Source: Chlorokybus atmophyticus (lineage: Eukaryota > Plantae > Mesostigma and Chlorokybus algae). From it: DNA of 64,000 bases. Location: the NCBI GenBank assembly GCA_009103225.1, contig RHPI01002823.1, positions 505,104-569,103 of the forward strand. The letters are read 5' to 3'. Within the stretch, counting starts at the first letter, position 1; the number at the start of each line of letters is the position of its first letter. The notes beneath the pieces are model-generated. The model did not search any database. It saw only the letters and a list, made by a program, of their open reading frames with translations, and had not been told where the DNA came from. Positions 22,896 through 35,600 of the stretch are shown one piece after another. The position numbers and the translations under genes are program-made.

Positions 22896-23949
22896 GGAAG
22901 CCGCGGTGAGGGTGGTAGGGGGGGGGGGAGGGGGTAGTCGAAGGTTGGTGGATGTGTTGTCGCAGGTGGCCATATCAGCTTAGGCGTACTACTATTGGTG
23001 GTATTGACTGTCTCTCTAGATGGTGCTGCAGAGCCGGGTCAATCCATACGCTAGTCTGCTACAAGGTTGGCTGTTATTATGGATGCGTTCGGGGCTTGCC
23101 GGACTGTGAGCGACAACGCGGACATGCTACTGTGCAGAAAAACCGCAGCCTCTGCAGCCAAGTGGGGATAAGCTACCATCCCGAAGCTACACTGCTGTGA
23201 GAAGGTGATCTGGACTTCAGGCACTACATGGCCTCTTCTATTTTATTGCTGCTTGCGACCAACCCTATCAATCGAGGGGAATGGCGCAGTTTGTGAATCA
23301 ATATATCGCATTGAGAAAGCAAACTACGCGATTACCCCGAAGTGGCAGGCTCGACTAACATCGGCAATAACACATCGCCAAGTAAGTTGACATGGCAACG
23401 TAGTTGCACGCCAATGCCTCGTTTGATGTAGCAATCAACCACAGTAACATAAGGCAACAACGGCAAATAGTCTTCTCTTTGAATTATACAAAGAGGGCAG
23501 GAATAAAGAGTTGCAACACATGTAGCAGCAGCGAATGACAACTCATGCCCATGGTATTGACGCCCTCCATTCTGAACCTAGGTAAGGGCGGGTATTGCCA
23601 TATCCTTCGTTGGGTAGACTTCTTGTCCACGAGCTTGGAGTCACTCCGCATCAGACGGGATGTAAGCAAGGGAACTTAACGCCTTACGCTTCATTGCACC
23701 ACAAGCGTTGTCAACATAGACGTCGAGTGATTTTGGCAGCACTTTGCATACAACTGGCAACTCCATCGCTGTTGCCCACTTTAGAGCCTGCACATGCGGA
23801 TGCAGGTTACGCGCGCTCAGTTGCAGCATGTCAACAGCAACCCTGCTCGTGTGGTGCAGACACCACACCCATACCAATTGAACTCGTTGCTTCACTCGGT
23901 AGCCGTAGTTGCTCTGGCAGCAATGAATGGATGAAGCTATATAAGGTTG

Positions 23950-26900
23950 CGGAGACCTTTGTGGTTGGGCTCCGACAGCTGCTCAAGCAGTTCCAGCTCC
24001 TTGTGGTTGGGCTTTGCCCTATTGCGCTTGTCCGGCGCTTGCGAGGACCTCTCGTCACCACCTCCTTCTTGCAAATCATGTTGCTATCATCACTACTTGA
24101 CTGCCATTCACTGTCATCATCGCTATCCTGACGTGGTGGTCATGTGTGATTGGATGAGACTGTCATCAGTGACAATTGCAAACACGCCACTGCTAGCCAG
24201 CAAGATAACCATGCCTGTGCGCTGAAGTGGGACGTTACAAAAGCACTCCCTACTCACCTGACCATCACTTGTGGCATCACCGTCACTAATGTCGGTGGAG
24301 CAATCGCTGTCAGGCTGTTGAACTAGGGCCTCACAGTCGCTGCATTGGTACTCCTCTTCTTCTGGTCTACTCGTAGGCCAACGCACCCATGAGCTTGGTC
24401 GATACGCTGCGCAAAAGGTGGCCGGGCACGTTTTGCAATGGCAAAGAAGCACTACATGGCCACTAGTCACATCGCACATCTCCTACGAACAGCTGCCACA
24501 TCCAGTCAGTAGAACGCTCACCTCGACTGTGTAACCCAATAACACGCAATAACATGACATGCCTTCATGCACACCACTTGAACTTGCTTGCTGATATTGA
24601 GTGCAAACCTAGGTGACCGGCTCTACCAACAACCCGGCGCATTTCAAAGTGCAGCTGCGTTAGCAGCATCTCTCGCCTCTCAACAAGAATCCTCCATCTT
24701 TGCATACGAAGCAAGCACCCTCGTGACCTTTTCTTTGCATCTCTTTCCTGTCAAACCCACACACTAGCGCGGAATCACAGCAACATAGGCTCACACAGCA
24801 GAATGCAGAGCAAGGTTGAGCATGCGTACGTGATGTTCTCCTTGTGCAGTGACGACTTAGAGCGATATCTTGGACACTGCTTTCGGTGTCGGACTGAAAA
24901 AGCACTGCAGCCGCGTGCGTCAATTCTGAACCACCTGATGTCATAGCTTCTTTCTCCATGTGACAGTGTCCACCATCATTCCTAATCAGTGTCATGAGTT
25001 ACTATGCCATGAAACGCAGCTGCAGAAATGCAATGTCCAATAACCAGATGCTCACCTGCGATCTGCAGAGTATTTAGTGCAGCAATGTGGTGTTGACTCA
25101 GGTGCAATGGAGATACAACTGACTCTCTCTTCAAAGATGCTGCCTTGCCGGCCTTACTCCCCACCGCTGCACGCCGTTGTGTAGTGTTCACCGGCAGCGA
25201 AGTCATTGGCTGTTGTGGAAGTGGGTGTGCATACAAGGATCTTGTTGCACTTGTAGGTGATGCACGAGAAGGTGACTTTGCATCCAATGAGATTGGTGCG
25301 ACATTCTCTTGGCTTAACAGAGCAGAGAATGACAAACTGCTCTACAATGTGTTGCTGTTGTGAACTCTTGCATGACATGATGTGAGCTACAAAGGCATGG
25401 GCAATCGAGCAGACAATACATGTGGTCGCTGTTGTGCTCGATCTGCTGGTGTGCTTCCGCAATGGACATATATAAACGTGTCCAGGTAGCACGTACAAGC
25501 TTTGTATGCACCTCTAGTGCATGCAATGCTTGTACAATGAACAAGGGACACGACAAGCATGCATGCATTCACCTCGTTGAATTCTTGCCGTGCTTGATCT
25601 GCCCCTAGCATTTCGGTGATGTTGTCGCTCTCCGGACCCGACACAAGCCCCTGACAAGTTGTCGTCGACAATGCTTGGTTACCGATAATGCAATCATAAC
25701 GTGTGTGATCGTCTCTGCCCATGCACTGTTGGCAGTGACTTCGCACTTGTTGCTACTTGACAGGCTTGGCACCTTATGGAACTTGGTTGGGGATGCTGCT
25801 TGCTTGCTCGACTCCGCTATGCCAAGCTCTACTGAATGTGCAGCTGCTTGCACCTTGGTTCGCAACGGCAGCTGGTGTCATGTGCAATTAGCTATGTGAA
25901 TGCTGGAACTCATCACTCAGCCGGAGTCAAGACAATTATGCTACACTTAGCCTTCATAACACAAAATCGCAGCTGTGCATGAGACGATTGATGCCTATGG
26001 ACATGCCGCTAACCTGAACACACATCAACGCAATAATGCCATGCCAGTCACTGCGAACTTGTACAACTGGGTCTTGTACTGGGCTGCACTGACCTCTGCT
26101 GCAAGGCCATCAATCTTGTGGAGACGCTCAGCATCGTTACAGTCCAGAAGTGTGATTTTTCTCCAGGCACAGCCGAGCGCAACAGCGTGCTCTGCAGCTT
26201 GTTGTGCGGTGCTTTTGCTGTGAAACATGCGCAACCAATCAGCACATGTCACTGGGCTCCATTGTACGCTAACAGAAGTGTGGCATGCTGACATTTACCT
26301 TTGTTGGAGCTGCTTGGTGGGCCATTCCACATCACCTATCCGACGTAGAGCCATCGACATGCGATCCTACAAGGCACTTGGTGAGCTGTGGGCACAGGTG
26401 ATCTAGCTGCAGCCTTCACGCTGTCACAAGGTCAGTGCACCAAAGTTGGAACTATACCACACCTGCTGGTCTGTCTTCAGAGCATGCATGCTTCGTTTGC
26501 AGAGACGTGTGAGCTTCTTGATTCTCTTCAAGCTGCATGCGGTGTTCAGCAGTTGCCAAAGTATAAGGTGGAGAAACCAACACCGAGCTTACCTGACGGC
26601 CACACTTTGGAATGGCAGTAATCAGTTGCAACAGTATGTCCTGCTGACGCCATGGTAGGCACCCTGCTTGCTCTCGCAGCTCAGCAAAAAGGAGGTTCAG
26701 CGCATGCACGTCACTCCGCAGGTCGGCCTACAACGAGCGGATGCCATTACTGAAGCCATCACGCTTGCAATTATTATCATGACCAACTGACCAGATTTGC
26801 TGTATACTGCTTTGTCCGCGACTCAAGCTCCAATTGGTCAAAACTGCCTCATGGCTACAGTTCTCTTCTCGGACTCCGATGTTAAAGTTGTAAGCTGCAC

Positions 26901-27050
26901 AACACGCCCCTCAAGTATGTGACAACCAAGCAAGCAACATGTAGTTAACGCACACCGCATTGCTGACCTCTGCGTCAAGCGCGTTCAACCTCGTATTGGC
27001 ATTGACAAGAGCCGACTCCTTGACGCTACACTCTGTCTGATGAATGCTCT
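23950..27050 (-). pseudogene. Decayed multi-exon gene with coiled-coil segments and a degenerate PHD-like finger
   Basis: Exon-like segments with splice sites: TECSVKESALVNANTRLNALDAE; LTTLTSESEKRTVAMRQF/DQLELESRTKQYTANL (frameshift); IRSL*ADLRSDVHALNLLFAELREQ. Cys pattern MCDV...LLCHCKTCPATF...YQCSDC at 24310-24480. Confidence 0.4.
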
Positions 27051-27439
27051 GCAATGGCTGCACATGCAATGCAGCTTCCGCAGCACTTGCTTTGAGCTCG
27101 TGTACCTATACAAATATGCATACATGGCAATGATTAGTTCTGAACCAGTGTGTCCGGGAGTGTGTTCGTCACAGCTTGCAAGTTGTGACGAACACACCTT
27201 GACACACTACTATTGCAACAGGTGACAGGAGCTCACAGCCAGTACTGTTAGATTCCTCACGGCCAGCAATATTACAAAGCACAATGCAAGGCGTCTCTCA
27301 CATCCATCGTTCTGGCATTTTGAACTACTGCAAGAGTGACCTGTTCTCCACAAGGATGTAGAGCATGGTGCTGTCCCCAGCGCAAAAGAGAGTCATTGAG
27401 TGCTGACCTTGCATCAGGCCTGCGCATAATCATGGGTCA

Positions 27440-28160
27440 TGTCGGCATACTTGCCTTGTGTATCTTGCAGTGTTCTTCACACTGGGTAAAGCCACTAGCA
27501 TGTCTCTCTTTCTATCATGGTGTGTGTTACTCACCGACATGCGAGAGGCTGATCGCCAGTTACCAGCATCTGCGTATCTATTCGTCTTGGACTATCAGTG
27601 ACAAGCGTTATGTAGTCGACTAATTGCTCAGCAGCGATTGATACGATCAACTCGCGCACCCATGCTCATGCCAATTGTGCTGGTCCGTGCATACGAAAGC
27701 CACATGTGCCCATCCGCGGTCTTTGTGGACACTGGACAGGCTACAGGAGTCTCGTTGTTGTTATCACTCGGCGTGCCCACACCGGCAGTCCATGCACAGT
27801 GCGGCACGTGCAATAAGAAGCAGTCTTCCACCCGACACCAAAACCACCAATTGGTAACCCATGTTGTCCACAGTGCTTGCCAGCTGCACTTGGAGATCCA
27901 CACTAGCACATCCATCCATCATGCAGTGCATGAACAGCATCACAATACCTGAACCGTTGTGGGAATACGTGTACAGAGTGTGCGGTAGTATCTCCCAGCT
28001 TGCTGCTATACATCACGCTCAGTTCCAATCGAAAAGAAGAGGATTGCACGCTTGTAGGCTACTGATAAGGGAACGGAAGCCTATCTCACGTACAAAGAAA
28101 CCTGTTACTTTGTTGTACTGATCGCAACTGAAACGTCTCGTCCCCTCCTTGCAATGGTAG
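27440..28160 (+). repeat. Diverged direct duplicate of about 32050-32700 (3' part of the Ig-repeat gene region)
   Basis: Collinear shared blocks, e.g. ATCAACTCGCGCACCCATGCTC (27646 and 32199), GCACGCTTGTAGG and AACGGAAGCCTATC. Minus-strand translation EGTRRFSCDQYN vs EGTVRFSCDQYN. Confidence 0.8.
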
Positions 28161-31035
28161 GCACTGAATGGCTCAACATGTATGTGTGCGTATGCACATG
28201 CGAGGCTGGCGCATGCGCACGCGCACGTGACGCACCGTGTATTGCACTCTTGCTTCATTGTTTTATGTAGTGGACTTGCATTGCACTGCGCATGGGCGTG
28301 TGTCACACATGACCGCGCTCTAGCATTGTTGGAAATTGATGTATGTGGACTCATACACTGCACTTCACATGGCAGGCCTTACGTGTCATGCAAAAGAGAG
28401 GACAGCAAGGAAGAGTGGCAGCGTCTGCTCACATGCGAAAGTACAAGCACTTCATGCATCCTTTCAATACGCCATGTGCAGAAGCCACCATAGCCGAGTG
28501 TTGTTGCTGAACCATTTGAGACTACAACTCTGTCATTTGTTGCATGACATTGTGCCACTTACAGCTGCTCTGGAGCAAACAGATTCCCCCATGGGATTGT
28601 TCCATTAACTTAAAGGGAACGTCTCAAAAGGTGAAACCACCGGCATATTGACAACTATCAAGCTGCATCATGAACACTTGGTTTCTAAGTAAGTATTGCA
28701 TGTGCTTGTGCTAAACATATGTAATGGATAAGTTGTGGTGCTGACATTATTATGCTTGCAGAGTTGTCAAAACCAGCAGCTTCGCCCGCGTCCACAGGCA
28801 CAACTGATTGATGGTGTATGGGCGAAGTCTGCTTGCAATACAGCAGTAAGTTACCATCAGCACAGCCGCTGAGTAGCCATAGTGCAGTGGCAGTGCATGT
28901 ATAGTGGTGCTGGTGCTTGTGTATCTTTGCAATGCGCAAGCGCGCGTGTATGCATATATGCACGCAAATGCGCATGTATGCATGTGTGTATCATGTATTA
29001 TAGTGTACCATGGATGCAGCTCTTTGATGCTAATGATAGCATATGTGTATGATGCACGCCTGTATGTCACCTAACGGGTGCACATCGCATAGCTGAAGCT
29101 CATAGTGCATTTGGGCATGGTCTACATGTGCACAGACATAGCACATTCAAGAATGGGTCAATACTAGTGATATTTGTGAGGATGACTGCATGCAAGCTGA
29201 GTGGGATCCCGCGATGCCAGCATTTGCAGTAGACCCTTTATCCCCACCAGAGGAGCACATTTATGTTATGCCACAAGTGCAACACATTGATGCGAGCGTA
29301 CCTGCTGCACAGCAACAAGACGATATGCATTCCATACATGCGGAGTTGTCACAAGCATCAGATGTGTAATAGTCAAGGCAAAATTTCGTGATTTTCATGG
29401 CCATTTTAGGCCTTGTTTGTGAGGTATCATGTTTTTCATGACTTGTGGTGGATATCGGCTAGTTGCGAGTCTGCCGCAGATATCGACCGGCCCAGGGCCA
29501 GTCTAGAGGACGCCAGAAAACGGAGGGCCAGTCGAGCAGGGCTCGACCAGATTCTGGAAGGGCCTGGCGCCAAGTAGTATAACTTGACCATATGAGCAGC
29601 ACATGAGGAGATCTTTGGTGCGTCGGAAAGGTCTAGAAGTGTACTACAAGATTATGCAAGAATATCTTCGCTTCTAGTTCCGTCTAGCGCTAGAATCGTC
29701 TAGACAGTAGCATGTGCAAACTGGTAGGTATAAAAGTGACATTCTACAATTTGCAATACAACCTTTAGCTCCCTAGTTTCTGGTGTGCAAGCTTAGTGGT
29801 GGTTAGCAAAGGTTGCTAGCGTGTGTCCACTGGTGTGTGCTTGCTTGTGTGACGATCCAAGGCGCTACACAAGTCGGTGTGTAGCTTCGAGCGCGTGCGC
29901 GTGCGTACATGAGTGGCGGGGCGCGCGTGTCTGCTTGGCAGAGGGGGCAAGGTTCCGGTGTGAATTCCGTGTCTTGGTGAGAGGGTTGTTGATTGGACCA
30001 ATCCACAGGCGACAAGGCACGAGCATCGTCTCAATTGCTAACCACGTCGCCGGTACATTCCAAATGTTCAATGCATTCACAATTATTCATCGGATAAACC
30101 ATACTTATAACGGTTAATGCATTGCATTGTAAAGCTTAGGTGTTCTTGCCAAAGTTGGACTATAGGTAGAATGACTGTTTGTAGCACAAAGAATGTGAAT
30201 CGTTCATCGTGTGCAAAGTAGTATAGTCAAGTGGGTCGTTGGTGTGGCGCGGTGCGAGGCGATTGCTTCTTGAAATATCAAGGCATGGATATGGGCGCGG
30301 CATGGCACTGCGCGTGGCAGCATGTTGCTGTCAGTTCATGCCTGACACGGTGCGTCGTTGACCACAACCGGCTGTAGGTCACGTACAACCGTGACACCGC
30401 CTAGACGAGGTACGACACAGCCTGCTGCTCGTGCCCATACCACAGGAGTTGGCCCGCACTCGGAAACGTGTCAGGTGATGTCATCATTGTCGTAGGATGT
30501 GCATGCTCTTGGATCAACGCTATATTCATCCCAGGCACCCACACACAGGGGGAACGGGACATGGCGCGGTGCGCTGGAGACCTGTTCGTCCAGATCTAAA
30601 ACGGGGTGAGGTGCTGCGCGCTGCCCGTTTGCAGCCTCTCAGCCTTACTATAAACAAGGATTGAAGCGCAGTTGGCGCACATCCAACCAGTGCACGCTAA
30701 GCTTAGTGTTGGCTCCTCAAATAGCGCACTCCCAATCGCGCAACGCAGCTCCTTACAATCTTGGGTGAGCGCTGGCCTTTGCATTCGCTGTGGTATGCAT
30801 GTGCGTGCGCAGCAGCCTGAGTCAGGCCTACTAGCTCTGCTGCACACTGCTGCTGCACACTGGTGCATGTGCTCCGCATTGCTTGCGCGTGCCCCCCCGC
30901 CCCCCTGTGGCTTGCGGCTGCTGCAGGCTGCACCACCCGATGCTGACTCTTTTGGTTCTGTTTGCTGTCCTGTGCCCAGAATTTGCAGATCCCTCAGCCC
31001 TCCTATATCTGCAACCACGGGTCAGACAGCCAACC

Positions 31036-31703
31036 ATGGCTCGCCCCAGCCGCAGCCGCAGCCCTGTCCATGTGCATGCTGGTGGTGCTGCTGCTGGCCT
31101 CCTCCGCCAGCCTGAGCGTGGCGCAGGATGAGACTCGGTCGGCAGATGACGCGAGCTACTTGATCCGCATCATGAAGTCTGCAAGAAAGTCAGCCCTATC
31201 ACCCTCATCAACGGCCCCCTCATCGACGTCAACCAGGGCCCGTACCCGCAGGTCCTCTCAGACTTGGCCTCTTCTACGTATGGCTTCGGCCATATCGCTG
31301 CGGTGAGTGAGTGCATTACATTGCATGCGTGCGTGCGTGCATGCGTGCAGCAACAACTAAAACTCTCACTCCACAGGATCTGGCCGTCGTAAGACCTTTC
31401 GAGCGTGATTTGCACGTCGAACGATACGATGCTCAAGCCAACGTGTTCGAAGCTTTTCAGGCGTACGATCGAATTGTTGGTGGGCTGTTTGATCTTCTCA
31501 CCAGGAGAGCTGGCCTCTTTGAACTCGCCCCTCTCATCGACAAGCCCGACACCAATGCCCTCAACACCGCGAAGCTTAAGATTGACACTCTCCACGCGGC
31601 TCTCCGCCCAAACATCCCCGACTTTGCCAACGCGCTCGACGCCCAACTGGCACTGCTTCAGAACCAGTACAACAAAGCCAACAGCGGTCTCTTAGGCGTC
31701 TAA
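31036..31703 (+). pseudogene. Small secreted protein resembling the fungal UVI-1-like family; exon 1 frameshifted
   Basis: Signal peptide MCMLVVLLLASSASLSVAQ (ATG 31070) in one frame, then PITLINGPLIDVNQGPYPQVL in another. Intron 31303-31376 (GT-AG). Exon 2 31377-31703 reads DLAVV...VFEAFQAYDRIVGGLFDLLTRRAGLFELAPLIDKP...GV*. The family resemblance is from memory only. Confidence 0.65.
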
Positions 31704-32649
31704 GTGACCTTTTGGCTTGGCTGATGCTGCTGGTTCACTTCACTGCCACGTTACACGCTAGTGAGATTTGATAATGGTACACCAACGTGGAGTTTATATA
31801 GATGAGTGTACTCTCGCTTGCAGTATGCGAATGGTATTGACTGACTACTTTTGTAGCACGTGTGTGTGCTAAGATGAGTGTGCGTGAACATGGATGTTGA
31901 TGTGCCCATGGTGGTATATGTAATATGCAGCATGCAAGGACAAACTTACCACTGTACACTCCCTGTACTTCAAGCCATGTCGGTGCTGCAAGCGTGTTAA
32001 TCTCCCGGCATGATTGCTGCAACATCAGTTGAGTTGCCGATAGCATAATACTCATTCCAAACAAGCATGTCCGGGTGTGGTGTTCTTGGCACTGGGTAAG
32101 GCCATCACCACAGCACCAGCATTTGCATACCCAGTCGCCTTGCATTGTCAGTGAGCTGGTGCTGTCATTTGACTACTTGCCCAGCAGCCATTGAGTCAAT
32201 CAACTCGCGCACCCATGCTCGTGCCTCTTGTGCTGGTCCATGCATTCGCAAGCCACAAAATGCCCGTGCTGCCACTTCAAAGGCTAAGTGTCTCGTTGTT
32301 GTCATTGAATAGCATGCCCACACCAGCTCGAGCAGTGTGACAGGTGTTGACATGAAGCCGTACTTCACGTTAATCTGACCACCATCCAGTATCCCTGTTG
32401 TCCACAGTGATCTGCAGCTAGCTAGAGACAAACTGTCCACAACATTCTCAAGCAATCAGTTGAATCGCCATCATGGATATACATGAACATAGTGCAGTGC
32501 AATAGTACCTCCCATTCTGCTGCTATACATGACGCTCGAATCCAATCAAGAAGAGGAGAATAGCACGCTTGTAGGTTTGCTGCTAAGGGAAGAAAACGGA
32601 AGCCTATCACCTAAGCTTACGTAGTACAACAGCTTGCTATCTGTATCAC

Positions 32650-35600
32650 TCAGTTGTACTGGTCGCACGAGAACCGCACGGTCCCCTCCCTTGCATTTGT
32701 GGCGAGCAGGACGTCATTCTGCAGCGCGTTGTTCACAGTCCAGCTCCCCTTGAGCATGCCGTACCGACCGACGGACGTCTGCATGTAGGTTGGCAGCGCC
32801 GCGTCGGAGTCGATCTCAAGGACGCAGTGGGGACAGACACCGTTTTCAAGCGTGGTGGACTCCTGTTTAGAGTGGAAGGTATGGATAGGTTTGGAACGAT
32901 CGGAGATGGTGAATGGTGAATGAATCGGTGAATGATGAATGAATCAGTGAATGTTTCCCTGAACAATAGCAGTGTAAGTGAATGAGTGAGTGCAATATTC
33001 TGGGACTTGCTGTGTGAACAAGGCATGCATCATTAGCAAGCGTTATCTGATCGACTAGTGAATGCATGCCTGATAAGTAGAGTGAATCAGTTAAGTGAGT
33101 AAATCTGTTATGTTGGCACTCACTGTGAACAGGGCGGAGGGACCCTGTTGATCCACATAAAAGGTGATCATTTCGGTTGTGGATTGACCCGCCCTGTCCG
33201 TCGCCTTGATCTGAAACATGTCACGGTTGCATTGTTATGTCTGTATGAACAAGCAGCATGGAGACCGTTGTCAAGAAGTTCTTGCGCACTCACCTCGAAA
33301 ACGTGCGTCCTGTTGGAGGCCACTTTGACCACTACTGGGCTCTTGCATGTGGTCCTGTTGTGGGAGAGATGTGTTGTTGGAGGGATCGGGTTGTGTGACT
33401 CTACGTGGTACTCATGATGGTGTTATCAGTGCAACTCACCAGCCCTTCTCGTGGTGCTCATCATGCAGCTTCGCGCCGTCAAGCTTGCACTTGGTGCTGC
33501 AGCCGTTGGCATCCGCACACTCCCACTCAAAGGTCGCCTGCACACGATAAGTACCTCAAAAACACTAAACAGTGCACACCATAGCCACGGAATTCAAACA
33601 CGCATGCAGGTACACGCCGCCGTGTGCACGCACACACACACGCACGCATGCGCGCAGACATAGGCACACGTGCACGCGTGCGCACACGCACGTGTACTCA
33701 TGTACGTGCGCACAACGCACGCACGCGTACCTTTGTGGTGGCAGAGCGCGCTGCTGGCTGCGAGTCCACATTAATAACCGGGGCCGTCACATCTGTACAT
33801 ATAATGCAAGCAACCTAGTTGTCAACCACACATCAACGACTCGCAAGGGTGACACGTATCTGGTTGTTGTGCCCTCCCTCCCTCACCCTTGATGGCGACG
33901 ACGGCGACCTCGTTGGTTGTGTACGTGGGGAGGGTGTTGAGCGGCGCGTACGTCGCGCGCATCTTGAACTCGACCCAGCCCTCGGGGAGGGCGCCCGGGT
34001 GGAAGGTGTTGGTGTACGTGCAGTTCTGTGTACAAAAGAGCAGGTCAATACGTCATCAAATATCATCCGATATAAGATAATATCATATTGATTGAGAGTA
34101 TCTATCATATGACGTATGACACTTCTCACCTTGTAGTGTAGGTAGTATGTCATATACGCACACAGATAGGCATGCACTTACACACATACATGTGTATGAG
34201 TTGTTAAGTCAAGTGTTGCAGTGCTCACCGTTCCCACTCCCCCCGTGCATGTGCCGCATGGCCCCCATATGTCCGTGATGTTGGCCCAGCACATGAACGT
34301 CACCGTCGCCCAGCTGTCCTGAAGCCTGTCCACTGCTCGACGACAACGCACGCACGCAAAGGTGTCAAATCACCTCACCGTGCGTCCTTGCAAATGGGCG
34401 TGCTCTGGTACTGTAGTACTGCACTGCACTGCACTGCACTGCACAGTGTGGGTGTGTGTGTGGCACACACGCACACGTGCACGTGCATGCGTGCGCGTGC
34501 GTATGTTGCACTAGCAGGTCTGTGTGTACATGTGAGGTGTGCATTTGTGTACTGTGACGGTAGTACATCCTCCTCATCCACCACTCAACCCTTATCCTCC
34601 TCACCCGCCAGCGTGACGGGGAAGCTCGCCACGCCGATGTATCGCGGGAACCCGTCTCCTTCCAGCGACACCCGCACCGGCCGCGTGTCGACCTTGAAGG
34701 AGTACGCGAGGGTGTTGAGGACGGCGTCGCCCGCGTCGTACGAGGTGAACTCCACCGCGTACTCGCCGTCCTCGAGGTCGGCGAGGACAACGGTCTGATC
34801 AGTGGAATAAGTGCCCGTGTTGTGACGCCTGCGTGGTAAAGAGTGTTAGTTGGCTTAAACAAACAGAACATTGCTACTATAGCGGCCATCAGCCAGTTAT
34901 GACCTACTTGTATACACACTAGTAGCAACGGCACTAGCAGTATACGAGCTCAAGTGCCAACAGTAGTACTACTACTGGTCTCAGTGCCAGTACTAATACC
35001 AATACTCCCACCCTACTGCTTCCTTGCTGCTACTTGGCTTCATAATCACCAAGTTAAGTGGTGTAATGCTATGCCTATTTTTGTATAGGCATAGCATTAC
35101 CGTAACAGTATCACTGCTCCCCCACTACTACTGGTACCGATTCTAGTAGCACCAATCTTGGCAAAAAGTGCTAGTACTGGTAATGATACCGGCACCACCA
35201 CCAAATCCAGTCACGTGATGAGGTCTCCGTGACAACTACCAGTACTAGTGGCAACACTAGCAGCTGATAGTATTGGTTTGCTGTTGGTGGCACATTGCGC
35301 GCCACCAACAGCCCAGCAATGTGCCACCAACAGCCCACTGGTGCCTCAATTGGAGCTGCTAATGCTGCTGACTCTGGTTGCAATGACTCACTACTTATAG
35401 TGCTAGAATCAACAATACTGGATGCTACTGGCTTTCTTACACAGGGGTGGCGCCGTTGATGGTGTAGGTGAGGTAGTATGCGGCAGTCGGGGCGTTCCTC
35501 AATGTCAACGCGATGGTCTGCAAACGAGGTGTCACAACCGCGTATGTGCGCGCAAGTGCACGTGCGTGAGGTGTTCTGGTGAACCACAAGTGTGTGAGTG

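Noticed and set aside
19787-22973. Many overlapping His/Thr/Ala/Cys/Val-rich ORFs
   Set aside because: They are translations of purine-pyrimidine alternating intron sequence, which lacks stop codons; the PiT exon structure explains the region.
31178-31194. A 17-nt GT-AG intron (GTCTGCAAGAAAGTCAG) that would repair the UVI-1-like frameshift
   Set aside because: It is far shorter than other introns here and would shorten the protein further relative to the recalled homologues; an indel is more parsimonious. RNA-seq would decide.
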